Of a stretch of 64,000 nt of DNA, positions 10,960 through 22,466 are shown piece by piece. The number at the start of each line of letters is the position of its first letter. The stretch's first letter is position 1. The notes beneath the pieces were generated by a model. The model was not told the origin of the DNA and did not search any database. It saw nothing but the letters and a program-made list of their open reading frames with translations. The translations under genes and the position numbers were made by a program. Source of the stretch: Basidiobolus meristosporus CBS 931.73 (Eukaryota; Fungi; Basidiobolomycota). The stretch is from positions 1 to 64,000 of the forward strand of contig MCFE01000484.1 of the NCBI GenBank assembly GCA_002104905.1, written 5' to 3'.

Positions 10960-13640
10960 ATGTCCTCTAACCCTACGTTTGGCACGCCTTTGATTCAAAC
11001 ACCCCTTGGATCTTCCGCGATACCTATCATCGCTCCTACCGAAGAGAACCAGGGCCAGAAAGAGGCAAAACGTCAGTGGTTACCTTTCAAATTGATTAGT
11101 GCTATTTGTTCGTGAATCTAACTCCCTTGATTAGCAAAGGCACCTTCCAGCACTCCTACCACTCCAAACACAAAGTCACGCACTTGTCGTAACGTGATTA
11201 TTCATGGGTACTGCAGATACGAAGGAAAAGGCTGCGAGTTTAATCATGATCTTAACGTATGTTTTCCAACAAACCGTATATAAACAACCGGTGTATTAAC
11301 CGCGGAACCTCCCCATCTAGTCCAATGCGCCGACTCCCGTTACCTCGCCCGAATCGTATAGCTCTTTCGTTGCCTTCTCACCAGGCTTCATCTGATCTAA
11401 CCAATGTTTTTGGTGATAGAAAGTCGAAACTTAGAATAACCTCACCGGCCTTCAATCCCACGGGAGCCCTTACCTCGGCCCTGAAATTTAACTCGCCAGT
11501 AGGTAGGGAATAGCTTGATGTTGCCGGCCATAGCGGTGACACACATCTAACCTAATATGTTGCACTCTACGTAGCCGTAGTTGAGAAGACACCAGTCAAC
11601 TAACGGACCCAGTGGCGTTGACTTTGAGACAGGGTATTGGACACCGTGGTCGATTTCACTTTCCAGTCATTAATTATCCATCTTCTCACGGAATAGAGCG
11701 CCTTACTATGCTCAGCCTGCCAATTCGGGCTATCATCCCTCAAACTCGAGTGTAAATCACCTGTCGGCCGACTTTGGCTCGATGGACCTGGACAACGGCA
11801 TGGTAAGTGCGCGTGCACCAATGTGAATCAACATCATCACCCAGCCAGCTTACCAACTACCATGCATGCAACGCTAGTCGGCGAACTACCCTCCGCTGGA
11901 GCTTCGATACCACCTGTACACCACACCACTTCCACACATCACCAATCTTCCGCCCAACCGCAAGACAATCCACTCGTTTTTCATGTCGGATAATTTACGC
12001 GAGGAGCTGCAGAGAAAGAACGAAGCGTCAATTCAATACTTGGATCGTATGTGTGGTTTATTTAGACTGACGGACTGCTCTCGCGTCTTGTTAATTCTCT
12101 CCAGCAGCACAAGACTCAGCACTACCTGCGGAGGTGCATGTGTACCATTCCCTGTATCCTCTAGACAGCCCCAATCAGGCCAAATCTACGCAGGCCTTTG
12201 GGTACCCTACCTCGGTGTACAAAGCAGCAAGCAGCATCGATGGGAAGCTCTACGTGCTTCGTCGAATCGAAGGTTCCTTTCTTTCCTGACCACCTTGATA
12301 GAGAGTGGCTAACCCCTTTCGGACGCTAGGCTACCGTTTGACGAATGAGGCAGCAATGTCGACCATCGAAAACTGGCGCAAGATAAGCCATCCGAACATC
12401 GTGTCTGTGCGCGAGGCGTTCACCACCAAAGCATTTGGCGATCACTGTACGTAGTTCCATCTAACCGACGGCCTTGCAGTAAACTGATTGATATGTTTAG
12501 CTTTGGTGTTTGTCTACGACTACCACCCGTGCTCCACCACACTGGCCGATCAGTACCTCCATCCCAACGCAATCCTCCCTTCAGCGAGGAACTCCCTCAG
12601 CGCGGACAACATCACCGAAGTCAAGTTTTGGAGCTTTGTTGTGCAGATAACCTCGGCACTCCGTACGCTACATGCAGGTGGCCTGGCAGCCTGTATCCTG
12701 GACCCAACCAAAATATTGATTACCGGAAAGAACAGGTACACTCCACCAAGTCTCCCGGGAAGCGCGTGCTAACTCAGTGTGTCCTTTAGGATTCGTCTCA
12801 ACTGTTGTGGGATCTACGACATGCTTTCATACGCCAGCACCAGAAACACCGCCCACTACCAGGTAGGTCAACCCCATGCCGACCCACCTCCCCACACGCT
12901 CACGTAGTCCACTTTCTAGCAAGAGGATTTGCTCCAGTTCGGCCAGCTGCTGACGTGCTTGGCATGCAACTCCTCCAGCGCGCTCGCCAACCTTCCCAAG
13001 TCCATCGACTTCATTGCCCGCCACTATTCTCCAGACGTCAAGAATCTGATCCTCTACCTCCTGAGCAAACCCTCCACGACCAAGAACATCGATGACATCA
13101 TCGGGATGCTGGGGCCCAAGATGCTGCTGGAGCTGAACCGCACCCACTAGTAAGCCAACCCTTGAATCGAGGCATCCCGATGCACGCATACTAACCCCGC
13201 AACCCGCTAGCTACAACGACTTTTTGGAAAACGAGCTGTCCACGGAGCTGGAGAACGGCCGGATTGCTCGACTGATGATGAAGTTGGGCTTCATCAATGA
13301 AAGGCCAGAGTACGTCATATCCGCGCATTGTATCGCCGCACATTAACTGAGAGAAACTTTGACATTGACTAGATTCGATCTGGATCCCAGTTGGTCCGAA
13401 ACCGGAGACCGCTATTTGATCAAGCTGTTCCGAGACTATGTCTTCCATCAGGTGGATGAGAACGGGAACCCGGTGTTGGATATCGCCCACGTTCTGTCCT
13501 GCCTGAACAAGCTGGATGCCGGTCTGGAGGAGAAGATCATGCTGATGTCGCGGGACGAGCAGTCTTGTTTGATTGTGAGCTACAAGGAGCTGAAGGATTG
13601 CGTCCAGCAGGCGTTCTCCGACCTCACCAGACGCCATTGA
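10960..13640 (+). CDS. PAN3: PAN2-PAN3 deadenylase subunit PAN3 (multi-exon)
   Basis: CCCH finger [21 protein letters not shown]; PAM2-like [10 protein letters not shown]; pseudokinase ([25 protein letters not shown]); C-terminal [10 protein letters not shown]...[25 protein letters not shown]...LNKLDAG. Confidence 0.96.
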
Positions 13641-15096
13641 AGATTTTTCCGTTCTAACCTTCATGTAATTAAGAAAACACGCCAACATTTCATGGAAATA
13701 TTTGGTAAAAACCCCCAAAAACATCAATAAATCTTCGGAAGATAGCAATTATCCGCACGGCCAGGAGTCCATCTCGGCTCTAGCGGCAAAGATGGCCCCC
13801 ACTCCTGTGGAATTCCTTGTTGGAGTGGTTTTGGTGGAATAAGACCCTTAAATGGGGGCGTCCACCAATGGCCGACCGCACCTGGAATGGGTTTGTTTGG
13901 ACCATCTCCAATTTGTTACTCCTTGTCGATGTCTAGGCCGGCATCGATTGCGTTATCGGAAGGCCATACCATTGTGTGGGATCGGTGAACGGTGATCCGT
14001 GGAATCTCCTCCCTGATCCCTGGTTGCTAACGTAAAATACGGAAACCTTTGAGGTAAATATGTGCTACGCATCTACTGACTAATCTTAAATAAGCTAGCA
14101 ACTTAATTCCCATTTACATTTACCTTGAACTTACACACCAGATCGACCCAAGAATGCACTTGTCATGTTAAATATCACCGGATCAACCAAGTGAAGAACA
14201 GTCGGAAGGCTTATGTGCTTCACATACCTCACCGACCATGAGCCTTCTCTAGTCGCCGGCTGCTCTCAGCAAGAAGCAAGGCGAATGTGCGCAAACTGGT
14301 TTTGCTTGTTATTACAACTCGTTGATACTCCACGTGGTTTCCTGGATTTGACTGGATTACAAATCCATTCTTTTAGGAAGCGCTGACAGATGAATTGCAT
14401 ATATGGCTAAACAAGCTTCCTAACCCAGCAACAACCCAAATCCACATTGATGGCTACGGATATGGCCAAGCATCCCCCAGAGATCAGAGTCAGTATACGG
14501 AAAGTTTACCCGCGGGTCAAAAATTACCAAATGCCCATCGAATTGGGAACAATGGTCGCTTTTGGCTATATTAAGGAGAGAAACAAGCATATCCAGAGGC
14601 CAAACCGGGCTAAACAATTAAAATGTGAGTGGTGGCCCAGGTTCGAGGCTATGGTGATGGTAAAACAATATAGTTGGGAATTCTCCTCATTTACCAGAAT
14701 TAGCAACTGGTGCAAAGCAAGAGCAAGCACAAGTAGCAGGGCAAGTGCAGGAGCAAGTGCAAGCGTAACTGAAAGCGTAACTGAAAGCGAAAGGGCCCGT
14801 GGAAATGCAAAGGTCTACACCGCACCGCTACGTCGCAAGGCCATCGTTCTTGGGCAACCAGTCCATGCGTATTGCGAATAAAGTTCGCATCAGCGTGGAT
14901 TCATATCTCGACCTGATCAGGCAATGATTCTTTAGGGCAGAAACTTCTAAGACCATTCGATAGCACATGATTTGCTAGGTGCGGCGGGCCAATGACCATC
15001 CGGCGGTGGCTCCTACATAAGGCGGGCGGCTGGCGATGAACGTCGCATTCCTTCACCTTCTGTACATTTATTCAAAGATTAGATTCATGAGCATTG

Positions 15097-16113
15097 ATGG
15101 CATTACTAATACATGACACCAACGATCTTGAGCAGATCGAACTCGCCATCACTCCATACTTTCGGATCATTTCGATGGGGATTTTAGTCATAGTGATCGT
15201 GTGTGCGATCATGATTTGGATTTGGCGAAGACAGCTCACCCATCGAACCTCCTACAACCTCGCCTTCTGGAGTCTCGTATGCATTCTTATTTACCACGCG
15301 ATGGGCTTTTTCAAGACCACGTCCACCCAGCTCTCCATCTGCACTGTAGTCCCCTTCTTCGAAAACGTCGCCAAGCTATCGGCCGTCTTCATCACTGGAT
15401 GCATTGCGTACAACCTCCGGCGAGTCTTCATCAAGAAAATGTCGGTGCCCCCCAAGCTGGTCCGTGGCTATATCCCTCTCTCCATCCTCTTCGCCGTCAT
15501 CGTCAGCATCCCCGGGCTGGTCTACTCGCTGGACCGGGACATCTGCTGGCTCAAGGACAAATCCAACATCTGGCCCATGATCTATTGGTGGATCACCTCC
15601 GAGGTGTGGATGCTCATTGTGCTGACCTACTGCCTGGTCATCGTGATTGTGGTCTTCAGAATCATTCATCAAGGCAATCGCGAAATCAAGCGACTGCTGA
15701 GGAGACCAGATGGAAGCGATGGCCAGCCGCCAGTGGTGCGCCAACGTAGCAGGCAACTCAATCAGGCTGCGGTGCGCATCATCATGTATCCTATAGTACC
15801 CATCCTCAGCTTCACCCCCAGCCTGGTCACCTTCACCATCCAGATGATCCAGTTGGTTGGCCACCACATGCACAGCGCGCGTTATCAGGAGATCATCCAA
15901 AACTGCACTCTGGCTGCCGATTTCATCAGCTCTTGGACCGGGATATTCGCCGGGATCGCGTTCATGTGGGACCCGGTCGTGACCACGGTTATTATGGAAA
16001 TCAGGGTCAAATATGGCTGGGCCGACGGTCCCGAGGCCAACAATCAAAAGCCGGAAATACAAATAGACGAAAGCGGTACCTTCCGGATTAGTAGCACCAT
16101 GCCTATTATGTAA
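15097..16113 (+). CDS. 7-TM G-protein-coupled receptor (Git3/cAMP-receptor-like)
   Basis: Intronless ~338-aa ORF with seven hydrophobic segments, IAYNL after TM3, basic third intracellular loop, RIIMYPIVPIL in TM6. Family assignment is inferred. Confidence 0.8.
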   Translation: MALLIHDTNDLEQIELAITPYFRIISMGILVIVIVCAIMIWIWRRQLTHRTSYNLAFWSLVCILIYHAMGFFKTTSTQLSICTVVPFFENVAKLSAVFITGCIAYNLRRVFIKKMSVPPKLVRGYIPLSILFAVIVSIPGLVYSLDRDICWLKDKSNIWPMIYWWITSEVWMLIVLTYCLVIVIVVFRIIHQGNREIKRLLRRPDGSDGQPPVVRQRSRQLNQAAVRIIMYPIVPILSFTPSLVTFTIQMIQLVGHHMHSARYQEIIQNCTLAADFISSWTGIFAGIAFMWDPVVTTVIMEIRVKYGWADGPEANNQKPEIQIDESGTFRISSTMPIM

Positions 16114-16287
16114 GTATGGAACTGCCTTCTTCCCTGTAAATATCATCACCCATCCCAACCCCAATATACATAAAACTGTACAATTAATAAATCGCTCGAG
16201 CTTTATTTGCTTAAGTTACGTAAGTTTATTGTATATATCGCCCTCGTCACGTAGATTAGCGTATTTACACACTTCTATTTACATTTT

Positions 16288-16763
16288 TCATGGCGCCGGC
16301 ACTGGATTCGGTTTGGTTACTGGTCGTTGTACGAACACCCTGACTTGTCTCTCCATGTGGACCTTTGCCAGCTGGTAATCTCTCGAATACTCGGCATCGC
16401 CGTAAGCGCGTAGTGTGTAGTGGTCCTCAGGGCTGTCGGCGGGGAAAGCCCATTGAAAGTCGCCAGCCCCCTGGCTGATCAATTGGGTGATGTTTTGAAA
16501 AAGGCTCGACCCATTCTTACGCAAGATATCCAATGCCACGCTGGAGCTATGAAGAGATCCCGAGATTTCTATTTCCAAGGAGATGTTAAAGGGCCGCCCG
16601 GCCACGATGACCGAGTAGGGCAGAGGCTTGGTTATCACGATTTGATCTACACATACGAAGTTAGATGGGCTCCCGCCAAAGAAGCTACCTGCAGGCTCGT
16701 ACCTCCGGTTACCCCAGCAATCACCGAGATGTAGGTCAGCGCGAGAACTCTGAGCCGATTCAT
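16288..16763 (-). CDS. Small secreted protein, possibly Kre9/KNH N-terminal Ig-like fold (2 exons)
   Basis: Signal MNRLRVLALTYISVIAGVTG; intron GTACGA...CTAAC...TAG restores frame to DQIVITKPLPYSVIVAGRPFNISL...DHYTLRAYG. The fold call is tentative. Confidence 0.65.
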
Positions 16764-17961
16764 TACGTTTAGGTTAGGGTAATCAGGTATTGGGACAATT
16801 TTAAGGTTAATAAACGTGGAATAAATCTCCGTGTCTGCCATAAACATGGAATCCCCGGCATTGTATGCCTTATACTATAACCATTGTCCCTGTACGTCTA
16901 TTCAAAATTGTGTTTAAAATTTTCACGAATTTCATTGTCTAGATTATTGAAAAAGTTTGCTTATCTTGATTTCCACGACCCATGAGATATCTTCGGAGAA
17001 AAAAATCCTTTATCAGGGGACATGATTGGTGGTATCTCCCCATCACCCATGTCTAAGAATAGCATAAAATGGATGCACCCAGTGTTCTGTCTCTCACCTT
17101 CAGTACATTGGTCTGCATATTGCATATGGTAAGTGACATTTCCTCAGTTCGTTGGTTCCTTTCCTTATGATGGTGTAATTTGCGTTTGAAAGGCAACACT
17201 CCGCGGTGTCTTGCCGGACACCACATGCGGGTTTGCTCACATGAGACTACTTTTTTGCTGAAGATCAACCTACAATTCCAATCCAGAATTTTCTATCCGC
17301 AACCTAACACTAACCGACTTATTTCAGTCTGTAGGACGCATGCAGCGAAAGTCCCTCATCTGTAAATATGAATGTAAGTACTGACTCCGACTTTCATACG
17401 AAGTCAAGCGTCCGTCCAGTGATTAAAAAAATTCGCTACCCTGAATTTCCATGTGGATCTCTTATTTATCACCAAGATCTCTGAGGACAGACCTTGACTT
17501 CCCATTCTCTATCTTTCAATTCATTTCACTTACCCACTATTTCCTAGGATTGCCAGGGGTTGTTTGTAAATAAAATAAATGAAATTCAACCATATCACGT
17601 GTCCTTTCGCTTTTGTACTCTGTAATTTAACAAACAAATCCATATTGGGAATGAGGCGAATGGTGTAGACGCCAAGAGACGGGATTGTTTTGTGGTTTTG
17701 AGGCGATTTCATGCAAATCCCACGAACTCGGAGTTCTAAATATTTAAGCTATTCAAACGTGATGGTGGACTGATGAGCAAGGGGAATGTAGGAGTGCTTG
17801 GGATGTATCAAATTAGTATGTAGGAGCGACATCCCACCGAGGGTATAAATAAATTGACTTGCACGCCGGACCAAGGGATCTACATCCGACACATTGAATC
17901 AAACCGTCCTATAAATATATTTCTCTTCGCCAGTATCCCTAATCTTGTACATTGTTGAGCC

Positions 17962-18870
17962 ATGGCATTTCGCTCGTATGATGATGAACAGCTATTCTAT
18001 TTCCCCTATGAGATTGGGAAGACAAAGCAGAACATGGATTCGGTGGTGTATTCAGGTGAATACTCCCCTCATCGTTGTGTTATATGAACATGATTTAATT
18101 GTGCCAACTTGTAGAACAATATTCCACCGAGGTTCCGGGATTCGCCTTTGATCCACTATCTCTACCAGCGGAATTCTTCCCTGCGGATATGGGCTATTCC
18201 TCACTGCCAGAAGCCTCTCCAGAGTCATCCACCGTGTCCGAGACATTCATGTCCGACTTCTCCGAATACACGCAAGAGATTTTGGACCAGCTGTCTACTG
18301 CTCCCACAAAAAGGAAGAGAAGCGAGCCTGAGGTTCTGAAAGAAACGCTGGAGGAGCTCTCGGGGAACGGCCCTTCCAGGTAAGCAGGATTGAAGATACC
18401 TGCTCCTCAACAGCACTAAAGCCCACTTTACCACAGCCCTAGCCCACCCGGGTCGCTATCAAACGCCGAGATCAGACGGCAGATCCACATACAATCGGAG
18501 CAAAAGCGCAGAGCCCAAATCAAGGACGGCTTCGAGGAGTTGAAGTGCCACCTCCCAAACTGTAGCAACAAGAAGATCAGCAAAGCCGCCATACTTTACA
18601 AAAGTAAGTCTCAGGCGTGTGCTGATGGCGCTCCAGCTGCTTGCTAACCTTGCACCACTCCACAGCCGTCCAGTATCTGCAGCACCTCAAGAACATCCAG
18701 ATCGCTTTGATCGGCCAGCTTGAGCATATGGGGGCCGAGAACGAACGTCTTAAACAGTAAGTGGCTTGATGATCGGCACGGCGTCAGTTACTAAGTCTCT
18801 TCGGAACAGGTTTTGTGACGCAGCCCTTCAGAAGCAGAGCTTAGAAAAGGTCTACTCGATCGGACTCTGA
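17962..18870 (+). CDS. bHLH-leucine zipper transcription factor (Max/Mlx-like, spliced)
   Basis: RRQIHIQSEQKRRAQIKDGFEELKCHLPNCSNKKISKAAILYK|TVQYLQHLK...ENERLKQ; canonical introns. Confidence 0.9.
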
Positions 18871-19123
18871 ACCCCCCCCTTCAACCACAGCACCGGGTCG
18901 CTTCCCAAGCCCGCCTCATTCAACTCTGCATATACCACGTTGACCGCACGTCTACGTACTTCCCATGAATATAACCTCATGTCCATCAGTACATAATCCA
19001 TGTCGAGCCCATGCATTTTGGTACCTATAGACCGCATTTCATAAATAAACAACTCATCCGATGAGGGGCAGGGGCTTTATTAATATATACATGAGATGCC
19101 TGGCCGGGGGATATACATTGGAG

Positions 19124-20342
19124 CTAGAGATCAGCAAGGCCTCTGGCAATCACCTCGTACGTCAATATGGTCAAAGCACTGGCCGGGATGGTGCGTAGCA
19201 GATTGGTGGGCATTCCTTTGTAGAAGGCCGACCACCCCTCCTCCAGGTAGATGGTCGTGATGGTGTGCCGAATTCCCGCATAGCGAAATGGCCGGGCGGT
19301 TTGGTTCTGAAGCCGGGTCCGGATGACCTCGTGCGGATACGTGGCGACGCTTGCGGCCATTTTGGAGGTGGCTGATGCAACGAGGATCGAGGAGGTGGGA
19401 AGATTGCCATCCTCTGGTTCTGGGAACCCGTTAGTTTGCTTGTTCGGCTCCAATGAGCATTGGGTAACACTTACTAAGGTAGATCTTCAGCTGCTCGTAC
19501 AGAGGGAATTGAACGGCCACATGCAGCAGGCCAAAGAGACTGGGGACGAGTCCCTTGTAAAAACCATGGATCCCCTCCTCCACCCAGATGGTCTTGAATG
19601 CGTGGAGAGTGTTGTTGTAATGATACGACGTGGCCGAGGATTGGGTCTAGGGGTGCAGCAGAATGTAAGTTTGCGTTCGCACGGTTGATCATTGCTGGTA
19701 CAGTACCATGAACCGAGTCTTAATCACCCACAACGGGTTGGTTGCCGTGGAGCTAACGGCACCAGCCCCCATCGCAGAGATCATATGAACCAGGGGCTGA
19801 CTGTCGCCGACTAGTGTAGAAGCAGATCAATTATTCGCAGTCCAAAGCAACAAAGGTGGCCTAGGCGGCTTACTTTTGAGAGGAAGCTCTTGCTTCAGAT
19901 AGTCGTAGACGGTGAAATAAATCGCCCACGTCGGTAGATAGCCGAATATCGTGGGCCCGAGGCCTCGGTACCAACCGCGGAGTCCGTTCTCCGCCCATAT
20001 TCTCTTCAGTGTACCTGGCAGCAGTTAAGGAGGCAAACATCAATACACTAGATTCCAAAGGTATTTAGAATTTTGGAATGTTCTACATATGCGTCAATAC
20101 TCACTAAAGGTTCCTCGGTAATGGCCTGCGTCGTAGCGACCCTGGTTCTGCAACTTCGTCTTGACCACATCCAGCGGACAGGTCACAATCGAAGCGACGC
20201 AACCTGCCCCAGCGCCTGCTAGCGAGTTTCTAAGATTGTCCGAACGCCTGCAACAAGTACAAGAGCCGTTTAGCAATGCAACGTACCCACCTGGACTCGT
20301 GAATTACCTCAGCTTATCGCGAACATTCTCCAAAGGACCCAT
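19124..20342 (-). CDS. YIA6: Mitochondrial carrier, NAD+ transporter (Ndt1/Yia6-like)
   Basis: Three carrier repeats: [36 protein letters not shown]; [17 protein letters not shown]. Substrate is inferred. Confidence 0.8.
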
Positions 20343-20774
20343 TCAAAATAGATTTGCTAGTTGGTGAGCTAAAGAGAGAGTGGTTGACTGACGTGGAAAA
20401 TTGGTCAGCAAACAATCTTGGTCACCAAGTTCCTGAGAAGAATCAGAATAAATGAGAATCATGCTGCTGATATCACGGAGGTGGGGTGGATGATCGTAGC
20501 TTCAGGTAATCAACCAACTCTGTTGACCTTTTTGGGGGTCAGTTTCCATATTGGTGCATCGATTAGCCCTCGCTGCTCGGCATATGATAGCTAACTATGC
20601 TAAACTACACACAATAGAGGCACCGAATGCACTAATTGCGCAAAGTGTAATCATTGAACAGGGTGAAGATCTCAAATACTTTTATTCATGAATGATTAAT
20701 AGCCTGAGATGGAGCGGATCATACTTAACTGTATGATAAGGAGAAAGCGTCTTGGCGGCAGATGGCCAGTTTGC

Positions 20775-21413
20775 TTAGTCTAGAGAGATGTTGCATCAGT
20801 ACACATGACCCAATATCAAGTATCGTCTTTGGAGCACTTACTCTTCTTCTTGGAGACACCAACGGTTCTTCCTCTACGGCCGGTGGTCTTGGTATGTTGA
20901 CCACGGACACGGAGACCCCAGTAGTGACGAAGACCACGATGGGCACGGATCTTCTTCATACGCTCCAAATCCTCACGGAACTTGTTGTCGAGTCCATTGG
21001 CAAGAACTTGGGTGTATTTACCATCAACGATATCCTTTTGTCTGTTAAGGAACCACTTGGGGATCTTGTACTGAAGGGGGTTTTGGATGATGGTGACAAT
21101 ACGTTCCAATTCTTCGTTGGTGAGTTCACCGGCGCGCTTGGTGAGGTCGATATCGGCCTTCTTGCAAACCATGGTGGAGTAACGTCTACCAACACCCTTG
21201 ATGGAGGTCAAGGCGAAGACGACCTTGGTTCTACCGTCAATGTTGGTATTGAGGAGACGAAGAATATGCTGGAATTGGTTCTTATCGGGAACGACGAGAG
21301 ACTAGCAATGGACAGCACGTTAGCTACGGTGAATATCATTTAGCCGACCACGATCCATCCATCGGAGTGGTCTCGCGGGGGCCTGCTTCACTTGTTGATT
21401 GATTTCTTACCAT
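20775..21413 (-). CDS. RPS18: 40S ribosomal protein S18 (uS13)
   Basis: ATG|intron|[20 protein letters not shown]...GVGRRYS...[35 protein letters not shown]; probable final intron just before the stop. Confidence 0.97.
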
Positions 21414-21805
21414 CTTGACCGTCTGCAACACCAAGTGGGAAAGGAGGGCTCAATTTGTTTAAGTCATCAGTTTTATTCAACCGTCAGGGCCATTCTTCTC
21501 CCCCGCTGATTGACCGCTACCCCGGGCTCGGGTCCAGATGTGGTTTTGGGAAATTTCTGGTTTAACAAAGCTGCTTAAACCCCTTGATTCTGGAAGGTTT
21601 GTTTGCCTCCGGTCATGTGATCCGGCCCGTGTTCCCTCCGCCAATCATAGGAGGAGGGGGAATTTTTTCGTTGAGAGTATAAGGAGAGTAGTTGGATTAG
21701 CAGGTCTTTCTCTTTCCCCCAACAAGGACAACAATAAAGGTCAGTGGATGAATTCATCGACTCGCGCTGATAATGGATTGCTAACGGATGCTTTCTTCTG
21801 TGTAG
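21414..21805. promoter_or_regulatory. Bidirectional promoter and 5' leaders of RPS18/RPS19, with a 66-nt 5'UTR intron of RPS19 (21740-21805)
   Basis: Head-to-head genes 392 bp apart; pyrimidine tracts before both leaders; GTCAGT...GCTAAC...TAG ends immediately before the RPS19 ATG. Confidence 0.65.
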
Positions 21806-22237
21806 ATGGCTGGTGGTATCACTGTAAAGGACGTCAACGCTCATGACTTCATTAAGGCCTACGCCGCTCACTTGAAGCGCAGTGGTAAGCTCGAGATCCC
21901 TAAGTGGGTCGATCTTGCCAAGACTGCCACCTACAAGGAATTGGGTCCCTACAACCAAGACTGGTTCTATGTTAGAGCTGCCTCCATTGCTCGTCACGTC
22001 TACCTCCACAAGAGCGTCGGTGTTGGTCACTTGAGACGTCTCCACGGTGGTCGCAAGAACCGTGGTACCAAGCCTTCTCACCACGCTGATGGCTCCGGCT
22101 CTGTTAACCGTAAGGCTCTCCAAGCTCTCGAGAAGCTCGGTATTGTCGAGCAAAACGCTACTGGCGGTCGTAGACTTACTGTTGATGGCCAACGTGATCT
22201 TGATCGTATTAGCTCCCAAGTCGCCAAGAGAGCTTAA
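21806..22237 (+). CDS. RPS19: 40S ribosomal protein S19 (eS19)
   Basis: [40 protein letters not shown]...[12 protein letters not shown]...GQRDLDRI. Confidence 0.98.
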   Translation: MAGGITVKDVNAHDFIKAYAAHLKRSGKLEIPKWVDLAKTATYKELGPYNQDWFYVRAASIARHVYLHKSVGVGHLRRLHGGRKNRGTKPSHHADGSGSVNRKALQALEKLGIVEQNATGGRRLTVDGQRDLDRISSQVAKRA

Positions 22238-22466
22238 TTCACCTCTTAGATTAAGAAACCCAACAATCGTTCTGACGAAATAAACAAAGCTTAAATTCAT
22301 CTTTCAGTTGCTGTGTTTCATCCATCACTAGTGTATGCAGCGTATATGGGGTCCGGATGCCACTGGATCGTCGTGAAGCAGTGGCCATCCAAATAAGCTC
22401 GATTTTCAAATTGATTTCCCAATCCTTGGTATAAGAGGTTGTGCTTATGCCGGTTGAACCTTGAAC

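Noticed and set aside
14447-14881. 144-aa ORF with low-complexity ASTSSRASAGASASVTESVTES
   Set aside because: TTG start, no domain, derived from short repeats in the GPCR upstream region.
15201-16164. Long overlapping and antisense ORFs over the GPCR (similar ones at 667-1125, 20762-21343, 21575-22300, 29426-30136)
   Set aside because: Shadow ORFs caused by GC3-biased codon usage of the real genes.
21610-21730. Possible H/ACA snoRNA (hairpin, AGAGTA, hairpin, ACA) upstream of RPS19
   Set aside because: Better explained as promoter plus pyrimidine-rich leader; the evident intron is only 21740-21805 and does not contain it.
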